From an uncultured Porphyromonadaceae bacterium (lineage in GTDB: Bacteria > Bacteroidota > Bacteroidia > Bacteroidales > Muribaculaceae): a DNA stretch of 64,000 nucleotides. Both the position numbers and the translations under genes were made by a program. The DNA is taken from contig CAMTMX010000003.1 of NCBI GenBank assembly GCA_947073495.1, forward strand, positions 9,702 through 73,701. The letters are read 5' to 3'. This document shows positions 46,129 to 55,848 of this stretch, piece by piece; the first letter of the stretch is position 1, and each line of letters opens with the position of its first letter. The notes under the pieces were generated by a model. The model was not told where the DNA came from. It ran no database searches and worked only from the letters and a program-made list of their open reading frames with translations.

Positions 46129-47346
46129 ATGGCAGATAAAGTATTCGTGACAGGAGCCGGAATTATATCGGCTTTAGGCATTGGGAAAGAAGCCACCCTG
46201 GAAGCTCTGTTGAATGGAGAAAGCGGTATCGGCAAGATTCCTCATATTCAAACTGAACATGAGGAATTTCCTGTCGGTGAGGTAGCTTTGTCTAATGCCG
46301 AAATGTCTCGAATGCTGAATGTCGGATATCCGATAGATGGGCTTCGTACTGTCCTAATGGGTATTATTGCTGCCAAAGAGGCTGTTGAGTCTGCCGGACT
46401 AACTGAGAAGGAGCTGCGTAAAGCGGCTTTTATCAGTGGGACAACTGTCGGAGGAATGGATAAGACAGAACGACATTTCAAAACTGTTTTTGACTCTAAT
46501 GTTGAGACGGATGATAGTCTTGAACTGAAATACAATGACTGCGGTTACTCAACAGAGTTAATTGCCGATAATATCGGCAAGTTTAATCTTATAACAACGA
46601 CATCGACTGCCTGCTCTTCCGCAGCAAATGCCATCATATTCGGTGCTAATCTCATAAAAGCCGGTGTTACTGATATTGCTGTGGTCGGTGGTTCAGAAGC
46701 CTTGACAAAGTTTCATCTCAATGGTTTTAATACCCTTATGATTCTCGATAAAAAGAATTGCCGTCCTTTTGATAAAGAGAGGATGGGTATAAATCTTGGA
46801 GAGGGAGCAGCATACATCATCCTTGAAAGCGAAAATTCGGTAAAAGCACGTGGTGCAAGCATCCTGGGCGAGTTGCGCGGCTATGCCAATACCTGTGATG
46901 CTTTTCATCAAACTGCGACTTCGAAAAATGGCGAAGGAGCCTATCTCGCCATGCGAAAAGCAATGGATATGGCTCATCTCTGTCCACAGGATATCGACTA
47001 CATAAATGCGCACGGGACGGGAACCCCCAATAATGATGAGACAGAATTAGCAGCAATGCAAAGAATCTGGGATTATGAACTGCCAAAGTTTTCATCAACT
47101 AAAGCTTTTACCGGTCACACAACCAGTGCATCCGGATCCATCGAAGCGGTTATATGTCTGTTGGCGTTGCAGCATGGATTTCTACCAAAAAATTTAGGTT
47201 GGCATAATCCGATGAAAGAAGATGCCATACCGGTTATAGATGATGTGGATAACTCGAATGTCAAGAACATCATCAACAATTCTTTCGGCTTCGGAGGGAA
47301 TGATTCAACTCTGATATTCTCTAAATTCATTAAGGAAAATGGCTAA
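46129..47346 (+). CDS. Beta-ketoacyl-ACP synthase (Cys-His-His type)
   Basis: MADKVFVTGAGIIS start, STACSSAANA, NAHGTGTPNND, FTGHTTSASG. The ATG at 46129 was chosen because the longer ORF overlaps the ACP. Confidence 0.9.
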   Translation: MADKVFVTGAGIISALGIGKEATLEALLNGESGIGKIPHIQTEHEEFPVGEVALSNAEMSRMLNVGYPIDGLRTVLMGIIAAKEAVESAGLTEKELRKAAFISGTTVGGMDKTERHFKTVFDSNVETDDSLELKYNDCGYSTELIADNIGKFNLITTTSTACSSAANAIIFGANLIKAGVTDIAVVGGSEALTKFHLNGFNTLMILDKKNCRPFDKERMGINLGEGAAYIILESENSVKARGASILGELRGYANTCDAFHQTATSKNGEGAYLAMRKAMDMAHLCPQDIDYINAHGTGTPNNDETELAAMQRIWDYELPKFSSTKAFTGHTTSASGSIEAVICLLALQHGFLPKNLGWHNPMKEDAIPVIDDVDNSNVKNIINNSFGFGGNDSTLIFSKFIKENG

Positions 47347-48334
47347 TCGTTGTTATATAAATTCTTTAGCGCAGGTATCGTGCCAAAAACCACTTTCAGA
47401 TGAGTGGTTTGATTCGCCATGTCTCTATTTAGAGGATTATGTTAGAGCGCAGGAACCTGACACGAAAGACCTGATTATGCCGTCAGAGTCCAGGCGAATG
47501 AGCAAAATTCTCAAGAGAACGGTCAGCACAGCCATTACTGCGTTAAAAAACTCTGAGATTAAACACCCGGATGCAATTATTACCGGTACCGGCATGGGCT
47601 GTATGGAGAATTCAGAAAAATTTCTGATAGATTTGAGTAGATTCGGAGAGAATTGCCTTAAGCCCACCCTATTCATGCAATCGACCCACAACACCATAAG
47701 CTCACTGATAGCAATAATTCTAAAGTGTCACGGCTATAACAATACATATTCACACAAGGGCATATCATTTGAAAGTTCTTTGCTTGATGCTTGGATACAG
47801 ATGAAAAACGGTATGATTAGAAACGCTCTTGTAGGAGCACATGATGAGGTCTCCCCGTTTATGGATCTTGTGCTTGAACGGACCCACCCGGAGTATTCTT
47901 TTGTATCCGAAGCTTCAGTATCTGCGGTTCTGACCAATAACATGAGCTCAAATAATATTTGTGAAGTTGTTGAGGTCAAACTATTCCATAGACCGGATGT
48001 AAAAGAACTTACCAACCTGCTTGATAAAAACATTGATAATGTGTTGCTACTCGGTATAAACGGCAATACGTTAAACGACAGGCCCTATGAAAATTTACTC
48101 AAAGCCTTGTCGTACAAACCTCATACACTCCAATACAAGAATATCTTTGGCGAAAATTTTTCAGCTTCAGCTTTGGGATTCTATGTAGGAGCGAAAATCC
48201 TTGAAAAGCAGATGATTCCGACATTCTTGTCATGGCACAATGAAAACGTATACACAGGCAATCTTGAGTATGTTACAATTTTGAATCATTCTGACAACAT
48301 AACGTGGTCTATGATTCGGTTAAAGAGAGTATAA
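47339..48334 (+). CDS. KS-like chain-length-factor-type protein (non-catalytic)
   Basis: Thiolase-fold-like N-terminal part (ITGTGMGCMENS) without the His-His contexts; coupled to the preceding KS by an 8-nt overlap. Confidence 0.6.
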   Translation: MANRCYINSLAQVSCQKPLSDEWFDSPCLYLEDYVRAQEPDTKDLIMPSESRRMSKILKRTVSTAITALKNSEIKHPDAIITGTGMGCMENSEKFLIDLSRFGENCLKPTLFMQSTHNTISSLIAIILKCHGYNNTYSHKGISFESSLLDAWIQMKNGMIRNALVGAHDEVSPFMDLVLERTHPEYSFVSEASVSAVLTNNMSSNNICEVVEVKLFHRPDVKELTNLLDKNIDNVLLLGINGNTLNDRPYENLLKALSYKPHTLQYKNIFGENFSASALGFYVGAKILEKQMIPTFLSWHNENVYTGNLEYVTILNHSDNITWSMIRLKRV

Positions 48335-48338
48335 TGGT

Positions 48339-48692
48339 ATGTGGCAACTAATAGGACTATCTATAATACAAAGCATTATGCTTTCGTTTGGGCAGCTGAC
48401 GCTGAAATTGGCGTTGGCTAAGATGCCTACATTTTCATGGACAACACATTTTTGGGGAGATCTTCTCACTAACTGGTGGTTCATATTATGTGGTGTGCTT
48501 TTTGGGGGTGCCTCAATTTTATGGATGTATATTTTGAAACATTTCCCTCTAAGCATGGCATATCCAATGGCAAGTATGGGATATGTATTTGCTCTTATCA
48601 TGGCAGCCGTATTCCTACATGAAACTATTGCATGGAATCGCTGGATTGGGGTGGCACTAATCATGCTTGGATGTATTTTCGTAGCTAAATAA
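48339..48692 (+). CDS. Small 4-TM DMT/EamA-half (ArnE/SMR-like) membrane protein
   Basis: 117 aa, four hydrophobic segments, pattern similar to EamA half-transporters. Confidence 0.6.
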   Translation: MWQLIGLSIIQSIMLSFGQLTLKLALAKMPTFSWTTHFWGDLLTNWWFILCGVLFGGASILWMYILKHFPLSMAYPMASMGYVFALIMAAVFLHETIAWNRWIGVALIMLGCIFVAK

Positions 48693-48693
48693 A

Positions 48694-49341
48694 ATGAATA
48701 TGAGAAAATTAATTTCACTTATACTGCTTATAGTAGCTTGCTTGCTTGGATTCAGTACTCAAGCATCAAATCTTACAAGCCAGCAAAAGCTACAGATTAT
48801 TACAACAATTAATCATGCTGCTGCTGAGATCAAAACAATGTCATGTTCATTTGAACAGACTAAGCACCTATCGTTATTGAACGACAAAATGGTCTCAAAG
48901 GGAAGCATGGTTTACAAACAATCTGACAAACTCCGTTGGGAATATACTACACCATACAAGTACCAGTTTATCTTCAATGGAACAAAAGTATATGTTGGGA
49001 GCAAATCTCGTAAAAATGTGATTGACACCAATACCAATAAGGTTTTTAAAGAAGTAGCTCGCATTATGATGAATACTGTGACGGGTAAAGCCCTTTCAAA
49101 TTCATCAGAATTTACAGTTGATGTTGCTGACAATAAAACCAGCTATTTGATAACGCTAATTCCAAAGAAAAAAGAACTTAAGCAAATGTTCTCTAAAATA
49201 ATCTTGACATTCTCTAAGTCAAATACGATGATTTCAGAGGTGAACATTTATGAGAAGAATGGTGATCGAACAAATATAAAACTCATTGGGATAAAAAAGA
49301 ATGGCACGGTAAATGAAAGCTCTTTTACTATTCCTAAGTAA
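48694..49341 (+). CDS. LolA-like lipoprotein-carrier-fold protein
   Basis: Signal peptide; FEQTKHLSLLNDKMVSKGSMVYKQSDKLRWEYTTPYKYQFIFNGTKVY fits the LolA family pattern. Confidence 0.7.
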   Translation: MNMRKLISLILLIVACLLGFSTQASNLTSQQKLQIITTINHAAAEIKTMSCSFEQTKHLSLLNDKMVSKGSMVYKQSDKLRWEYTTPYKYQFIFNGTKVYVGSKSRKNVIDTNTNKVFKEVARIMMNTVTGKALSNSSEFTVDVADNKTSYLITLIPKKKELKQMFSKIILTFSKSNTMISEVNIYEKNGDRTNIKLIGIKKNGTVNESSFTIPK

Positions 49342-49792
49342 TATAATAGCATTAATTTTATTCAATGCTAATGCGTCAACACTTGAGGCAGATAGTGTTG
49401 TAAGTGATTCTCATCGCTATGCGTTTCAAATTGAGACACCTAAAGCTTTTATTTCGGGCATACTAATTACAAAGATTCAAGATAATTGTATAATAGGAAG
49501 TCTTGTTAATGAGTTTGGCGTTTCAGCGATAGATTTTTCGTTTAACCGGGAGAAAGATAAGTTAAAGTTGATAAATGTTGTGAGCTTCCTTAACAAATGG
49601 TATATCAAGAAAACTCTTAGTTCAGATTTGAAGTTTTGTATCCACCAAATATACCATATGCCTTGGAAGAAGAAGCATAGCTACATAGTTGAAAAGAAGG
49701 ATGGCTCAATAACAATTCTTAATAGTAAGCGAAACCTTAAATATATCTTTTCTCCTTTGATAATATCAGCAGACAATGTTACTGAAGAATAA
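49313..49792 (+). CDS. Hypothetical exported protein
   Basis: Signal peptide MKALLLFLSNIIALILFNANA; no motif recognised. It occupies the position held by a DUF3261-type protein in ape clusters (inference only). Confidence 0.5.
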   Translation: MKALLLFLSNIIALILFNANASTLEADSVVSDSHRYAFQIETPKAFISGILITKIQDNCIIGSLVNEFGVSAIDFSFNREKDKLKLINVVSFLNKWYIKKTLSSDLKFCIHQIYHMPWKKKHSYIVEKKDGSITILNSKRNLKYIFSPLIISADNVTEE

Positions 49793-50147
49793 TTTATATA
49801 ATATAAAGAGTCAGGATGCATTAAACTCAATATTTACGATTGAGCTAAACCCTGAATGCTTCATATATAAAGCTCATTTCCCTGAGCTTCCCATCACTCC
49901 CGGGGTGTGTATAATTCAGATTGCAATGGAGTTGTTCTCGGAATTATGTGGAGTCGCGTTAGATTTAGAATCAGTGGCTAATGCAAAGTTCCTTGCTGTA
50001 ATCAATCCAGAAATTACAAAGGACTTAACTTATTCCTTCAATAAGATAACTATTTCAGATGATTCTTCTCGATACAAGGTTTCTGCTGTCGTTGCTGATG
50101 AAGATTCCATATACTCGAAATTATCACTATGCTTTAGAAAGCGATGA
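49776..50147 (+). CDS. Hotdog-fold 3-hydroxyacyl-ACP dehydratase (FabA/FabZ-like)
   Basis: HFPELPITPGVCIIQIAME matches the FabZ/FabA active-site His motif. Confidence 0.75.
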   Translation: MLLKNNLYNIKSQDALNSIFTIELNPECFIYKAHFPELPITPGVCIIQIAMELFSELCGVALDLESVANAKFLAVINPEITKDLTYSFNKITISDDSSRYKVSAVVADEDSIYSKLSLCFRKR

Positions 50148-52120
50148 CGGAAGAGATCGATAAAACAAATCTCGCTGCAACGATGAAAAGTCATCGTATC
50201 TGCATAGTAGTGCCAACGTATAACAATGCTGGCACTCTTAGTCGCATTGTTTCTGAGATTCTAAATTACTCTTCTGACATTATAGTGGTCAACGATGGTA
50301 GTACTGATTCAACAAAGGACATTCTTGATTCTTTTTCATCGTTAATCCATTTGGTTAGCTATGATAAGAACCAAGGTAAAGGCATCGCTTTGAAACTTGG
50401 GTTCAAGAAGGCTATTGAGTTGGGGTATGAATACGCAATTACCATTGATTCAGATGGACAACATTATCCGTCTGATATTCCGTTGTTCGTTAGAGCAATT
50501 GTTGAAAATCCCGGTGCTTTAATTATCGGACAAAGAGATTTGAGCAATGTTGACATTAATGGGAAAAGTGCATTTGCAAATAAATTTTCAAATTTCTGGT
50601 TTGCTGTGCAAACTGGAAGAAAATTAACTGATACCCAAACTGGTTACCGTGCTTATCCCCTCAATAGTTTATATGGACTGAGCATATTAACGAGTAGATA
50701 TGAGGCAGAACTTGAATTGCTCGTATTTTCTGCATGGAATGGAGTTAAGATAATATCAATTCCTATCAACGTATACTATCCACCACAGTCTGAGAGAGTA
50801 TCACATTTCAAACCAGCTCTTGACTTTACGCGGATTAGTATCTTGAATACAATCTTATGCTTTGGCGCTTTGTTTTATGGGGTACCTTCTATGTTATATC
50901 ATAGAATCAAAGCAAAACGAATATTTACTAATGAACTAAAAACGTTTACCAGAATAGGTCAGGAAAAGAGATTAGTCAATCTGACGATTGGTCGAATTGG
51001 TCGTTCTTTATATGCACTATCTCATTTCCTTTTTTGGTCGATGTTTGTTTTCAAACCTTATGTATTTTTTAACTTCAAGATTCTAAAGGCAAACGACTCA
51101 TCGCGTTTAAAGCTTCATCGTAAACTTCAGTGGATGTCTTCGTTTTTCTCAAGGAACTTTCCCGGGGGAAAAGCGACTATAGAGAATCCTAATCAGGAAG
51201 ATTTTAGCACGCCGGCTTTAATAATTTGTAATCATCAGTCACATCTGGATTTACCGATTATCATGGCGGCACATCATAAACTCATATTTCTTACAAATGA
51301 TTGGGTTTGGAATAACAAATTCTTCGGTGAGATTGTGCGTCAAGCTGAATATTTACCTGTTTCAGCGGGAATGGATGTAATTATTCCTCATCTAAAGAAT
51401 CTTAAGAATAGAGGTTATTCAATAGTTGTGTTTCCAGAAGGAACAAGATCGGACGATTGTCGGGTTAACCGTTTCCATCAAGGAGCATTTTTACTTGCAC
51501 GTGAGTTGGAGATAGATATATTGCCTATGGTTTTACATGGTGCTGGACATTATTTGGCTAAACATGATAGACTATTCCGTAAGAATCCCCAAACACTGAG
51601 GATTTTGTCTCGAATCCATTTAGGGAGGGAAGATGAAATGCCTTTTCGTAAGCAAGCCTCATATTTCCGAAAAATCATTTCTACTGAATATAGCAGAATG
51701 GAAAAGGAATTAGAAACTTCTGGCTATTGGAAGAGTTTTGTGTTTTACAAATACGCATATAGAGGTTGGGCAACAACCAGTAGAGCAAAGTCTGAATTGA
51801 AATTACTCAATGGCATCGCGAAAGAGATTAACTCAATCAAGGAGCCTTTATATTTCATAAATGCAGGAGTCGGAGCATTACCTTTAGTTTGTGCATTAGC
51901 CAATAAGGACATTGACGTGTTCAGTTTCGTCGAGAATATCAATGACTTTGAGATAGCAACAGAAACGGCTGATAAACCAAAGAATCTTCACATAATTCAT
52001 TCTGTATGGTCGAATGATTATGATAATATCCCGACACAGGCAAAATTATTTGTAACATCAGAATCTTTGATGGCTCGTTTTAAGTCGTATAATCCTATTT
52101 TTGTCAATATTCAACAATGA
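50144..52120 (+). CDS. Fusion protein: family-2 glycosyltransferase + TM region + PlsC-type acyltransferase + Rossmann-like C-terminal domain
   Basis: GT2: VVPTYNNAG and DSDGQH. Acyltransferase: NHQSHLD (H-x4-D) and FPEGTRS. C-terminal glycine-rich FINAGVGALP. Confidence 0.8.
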   Translation: MTEEIDKTNLAATMKSHRICIVVPTYNNAGTLSRIVSEILNYSSDIIVVNDGSTDSTKDILDSFSSLIHLVSYDKNQGKGIALKLGFKKAIELGYEYAITIDSDGQHYPSDIPLFVRAIVENPGALIIGQRDLSNVDINGKSAFANKFSNFWFAVQTGRKLTDTQTGYRAYPLNSLYGLSILTSRYEAELELLVFSAWNGVKIISIPINVYYPPQSERVSHFKPALDFTRISILNTILCFGALFYGVPSMLYHRIKAKRIFTNELKTFTRIGQEKRLVNLTIGRIGRSLYALSHFLFWSMFVFKPYVFFNFKILKANDSSRLKLHRKLQWMSSFFSRNFPGGKATIENPNQEDFSTPALIICNHQSHLDLPIIMAAHHKLIFLTNDWVWNNKFFGEIVRQAEYLPVSAGMDVIIPHLKNLKNRGYSIVVFPEGTRSDDCRVNRFHQGAFLLARELEIDILPMVLHGAGHYLAKHDRLFRKNPQTLRILSRIHLGREDEMPFRKQASYFRKIISTEYSRMEKELETSGYWKSFVFYKYAYRGWATTSRAKSELKLLNGIAKEINSIKEPLYFINAGVGALPLVCALANKDIDVFSFVENINDFEIATETADKPKNLHIIHSVWSNDYDNIPTQAKLFVTSESLMARFKSYNPIFVNIQQ

Positions 52121-53631
52121 ATGGAAGTTGTATCATTATAGGTGGCGGAATAGGAGGTCTCTTTACTGGCGCTTTTCTATCGAAGAATGGTGTCAAGGTG
52201 ACTGTACTTGAAAAGAACTCCATTATAGGAGGAGGATTACAATGTTTCACTCGGAAGGGGAAAACATTTGAAACCGGAATGCATGTAGCTGGAGGGTTCG
52301 GACCTAATGGTAGTCTGAATAAAATTTGTCGTTATCTCGGAATCTCACACAAACTTAAACTGCAAGAAGTCCCATCGGAATGTAGCGATGAAATTTACTA
52401 TCGCTCCTCTAATGAGTTGTTTAAAATAGCTTCTGGAAGACAACAGTTTACTGAACGTCTAATTCAGTATTTCCCGCATGAAGCTAAAGGCATTACGGCT
52501 TATGTAGATGAATTATTCAGACTGACAGAGGAGGTTCCTCTTTTTTCATTACATGAGGATAGTCCATTGTTAGAAAATAAGCATTCTGACAACTTTCTTA
52601 TTTCAGCAGACAGTTTGATTGACAAATTTGTGCAAGATAAGAAACTCAGGGAAATCCTTGCTTATCTAAATCCCCTTTATGGCGGTGTCAAGGGACATAC
52701 GCCCGCATATATCCATGCCATCTTGAATGTTTTATACATAAATGGAGCTACTCGATTTATTGGCGGAGGACAACAACTTGCAAATGCTCTGTGTGAGATT
52801 ATAACAGACAATGGTGGCGTTGTTAAATCAAATTCACCTGTAGTAAAGATAGAGATTGAAGATAAAGCTGTCCAATATGTTCAGATAGAAACAGGAGAGA
52901 AATATATTGCTGATAATTATGTATCGGCAATTCATCCTTTGGCAATGGTAAACATTGCTTCCAATGGAGCTTTTAGAAAAAGCTTTGTTCATCGTTTAAA
53001 CGTAATACCAAATTCCACATCGGCGTTTTCAGTATATATTGACTTGAAACCAAATTCATTCGAGTATATTGATCATACATGCTATTATATGGAAAACTTT
53101 GGATTAATGTGGGAACAAGAAAGGCAAGCTAATCAGAGTATTCCAAACTCTTTTATGTATATGACTCCTCCTGATGAGAATCAAGGTCAATATGCTAACA
53201 GATTACTAATTCATTGCCTAATGAGCTTTGAAATGGTAAAGAAATGGGAGAATACTGCTTCTGGCAAAAGAGGCACATCTTATGAAGAGTGGAAATTTTT
53301 AATGGCAAATTATTTAATTGATAAATTATCAACCTTGTATCCACATCTCAGAGATTGCATATCTGATGTTTATTCATCTTCTCCATTGACAATAAGGGAT
53401 TTTTACAATACCAAGAATGGAGCGATATTTGGATTCCGTAAAGACTGTGAGAATTTACTTATATCTCGATTGCCGGTATATACGAAAATCAGCAACTTAT
53501 TTTTGACTGGTCAAAACGTGATATTACATGGCATATGCGGTGTTCCACTTACTGCAATCAACACCTCTGAGGCTATTCTTGGTAAGAACGCAATAATTAA
53601 TGCAATACAAAGACAAAATGAGAACTGTTAG
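52117..53631 (+). CDS. FAD-dependent oxidoreductase, phytoene-desaturase (CrtI)-like
   Basis: N-terminal dinucleotide fold IIGGGIGGL...VLEKNSIIGG; about 500 aa. Confidence 0.8.
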   Translation: MNGSCIIIGGGIGGLFTGAFLSKNGVKVTVLEKNSIIGGGLQCFTRKGKTFETGMHVAGGFGPNGSLNKICRYLGISHKLKLQEVPSECSDEIYYRSSNELFKIASGRQQFTERLIQYFPHEAKGITAYVDELFRLTEEVPLFSLHEDSPLLENKHSDNFLISADSLIDKFVQDKKLREILAYLNPLYGGVKGHTPAYIHAILNVLYINGATRFIGGGQQLANALCEIITDNGGVVKSNSPVVKIEIEDKAVQYVQIETGEKYIADNYVSAIHPLAMVNIASNGAFRKSFVHRLNVIPNSTSAFSVYIDLKPNSFEYIDHTCYYMENFGLMWEQERQANQSIPNSFMYMTPPDENQGQYANRLLIHCLMSFEMVKKWENTASGKRGTSYEEWKFLMANYLIDKLSTLYPHLRDCISDVYSSSPLTIRDFYNTKNGAIFGFRKDCENLLISRLPVYTKISNLFLTGQNVILHGICGVPLTAINTSEAILGKNAIINAIQRQNENC

Positions 53632-54514
53632 ATACTGGCTTATTCTATTTGCATTTATTTTTGTGTCAACCTTTGCTTTTGCGCAAGGTTTGCCAATTAA
53701 TATCTGGGAGGGAACAGACTGTAAGACAAATGTAAAACTAACGCCATATCTTGCAGAAGGTACGGATAACACCGCTGTCATTGTATGCCCGGGAGGCAGC
53801 TATTTCTGGTTGGATAAGAAAACAGAAGGCAAAGGAGTGGCTGAGTGGTTGCAATCAAATGGTATTTCTGCATTTGTTTTGGAATATCGAGTAGGAGGAG
53901 TTCCTGCGTTTATAACCCATTATAGATTATTCTCAAGAGGTAATCGCTTTCCCGATATGTTACAAGATGTTCAGCGGAGCATTCAGATTGTGCGAGAAAA
54001 TGCCCGTAATTACGGTATAAATGCTAATGAGGTAGGAGTAATGGGATTCTCTGCTGGTGGTCATCTTGCTATAATGTCTGGGATATTCTTTGATAGCGAT
54101 GTTTTATCATCTGTAGGAATTGAGCCTCATGTATCATTGAAACCGGATTATATCGTTCCTATATATCCGGTTGTTTCAATGACCGATTGGTCAACTCATA
54201 AAAGGTCGCGACGTGGATTGCTTGGAGAAGGTTCTTCAATAAGCAATGAGATGAAAGATTCTCTTTCTCTTGAAAAGCATGTACGTCTGGATATGCCACC
54301 GACTTTTCTGATGAATTGCGTTGATGATCCTATTGTCAAATACCAAAACTCAGAGCTCCTTGATTCAGCAATGAATGCGTGCGGAGCACCTCATAAATAT
54401 ATTCAGTATAAGACTGGTGGACATGGATTTGGTGCTAATCCAAAGAAAACTACTTCAGAGGCGATAGCTTGGAAAAACGAGTTTCTCAAATGGCTTAAAG
54501 GAATTTTGAAATGA
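53618..54514 (+). CDS. Secreted alpha/beta-hydrolase (esterase/lipase)
   Basis: Signal peptide; oxyanion CPGGSY; nucleophile elbow GFSAGGH; C-terminal GGHGF. Confidence 0.78.
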   Translation: MRTVRYWLILFAFIFVSTFAFAQGLPINIWEGTDCKTNVKLTPYLAEGTDNTAVIVCPGGSYFWLDKKTEGKGVAEWLQSNGISAFVLEYRVGGVPAFITHYRLFSRGNRFPDMLQDVQRSIQIVRENARNYGINANEVGVMGFSAGGHLAIMSGIFFDSDVLSSVGIEPHVSLKPDYIVPIYPVVSMTDWSTHKRSRRGLLGEGSSISNEMKDSLSLEKHVRLDMPPTFLMNCVDDPIVKYQNSELLDSAMNACGAPHKYIQYKTGGHGFGANPKKTTSEAIAWKNEFLKWLKGILK

Positions 54515-55812
54515 CCGAAAAGATCAGTGACATAGAGTTTGAATCTGTTGAGACAATCAACAAGTTCCAGAACAGAAAACTTCAAGAGGCTCTCCGTTAT
54601 CTTGAAGCAAATTCTGCTTTTTATCAAAGAATGTTCAAAGACAATGGAATTGATATTGAACAAATACAGACTATTGATGATCTGGTAAAATTGCCTTTTA
54701 CAGAGAAGAAAGACTTACAGCTACATAATCAGGAGTTTCTATGTGTCCCGTCAGAAAAAATTGTTGATTATGTAACAACTTCGGGAACACTTGGAGACCC
54801 GGTTACATTTGGTTGTACCGACAACGATTTAGAGCGATTGGCCTACAACGAGATGAAGTCGTTTAGTTGTGCTGGTATTAAGCCGGGTAATATAATCCAA
54901 CTGATGACGACGCTTGACAAGCGTTTTATGGCAGGATTAGCCTATTTCTTGGGTATTAGAAAACTTGGTGCAAGTATTATCCGAGTTGGTAACGGTATGC
55001 CGGAACTGCAGTGGGATACTATTAACCGTCTTAAGCCGGATACCATTATGTGTGTCCCGTCCTTTATCCTAAGGCTAATCGAATATGCCGAAAAGAACGG
55101 CATTGATTATCGGAGTTCCAGCATAAAACGTATCATAGGAATTGGAGAAGGGCTACGAGATCAGGATTTCAATTTGAATCTCCTCGGAAAAAGAATAAAG
55201 GGAAAGTGGGATGTATCTCTCTTTGCCACCTACTCTTCAACAGAGATGGGAGCAACATTTTCGGAATGCCCTTATGGTTGTGGTGGGCATGTCCATCCGG
55301 AACTTATAATCGTTGAAATAATAGGCGACAATAACCTTCCGGTCAAAGATGGAGAAGTTGGAGAAGTAGTTGTAACAACGCTTGGAGTAGAGGGTATGCC
55401 GTTATTGCGATTCCGTACCGGAGATATGAGTAGCAAGATTACAACTCGCTGTGCTTGCGGCAGAAACTCCTATCGTTTGACTCCTCTGGTAGGTCGTAAG
55501 AACAATATGATTAAACTTAAAGGCACGACTATTTACCCTCCGGCAATCAATGATGTGCTTGACAATACCCCTTATGTTGTCAATTATGTTGTGATAGTCC
55601 AGAATAGTTATGCGGGTACTGACGAAGTAGTTGTTAAAGTTGGTGTAGCCTCCGGACAAACATTCGATATTATCAAGGATTTAAAAGATAGATTTAGGTC
55701 AAGAATTAGAGTCGCGCCTATAGTAGAAGTCTTATCACCGGAAGATGTCGCTAAAATAAATAATCCGATGAACAACCGCAAGCCAATTAAGTTCATTGAT
55801 CGTAGAAACTAA
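54511..55812 (+). CDS. Adenylate-forming enzyme, phenylacetate-CoA ligase (PaaK)/F390-synthetase-like
   Basis: TSGTLGDP adenylation P-loop, YSSTE, RFRTGD. Confidence 0.82.
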   Translation: MTEKISDIEFESVETINKFQNRKLQEALRYLEANSAFYQRMFKDNGIDIEQIQTIDDLVKLPFTEKKDLQLHNQEFLCVPSEKIVDYVTTSGTLGDPVTFGCTDNDLERLAYNEMKSFSCAGIKPGNIIQLMTTLDKRFMAGLAYFLGIRKLGASIIRVGNGMPELQWDTINRLKPDTIMCVPSFILRLIEYAEKNGIDYRSSSIKRIIGIGEGLRDQDFNLNLLGKRIKGKWDVSLFATYSSTEMGATFSECPYGCGGHVHPELIIVEIIGDNNLPVKDGEVGEVVVTTLGVEGMPLLRFRTGDMSSKITTRCACGRNSYRLTPLVGRKNNMIKLKGTTIYPPAINDVLDNTPYVVNYVVIVQNSYAGTDEVVVKVGVASGQTFDIIKDLKDRFRSRIRVAPIVEVLSPEDVAKINNPMNNRKPIKFIDRRN

Positions 55813-55848
55813 TTATGATTAGGCAATCTATCTAATTCTGAAAGAATA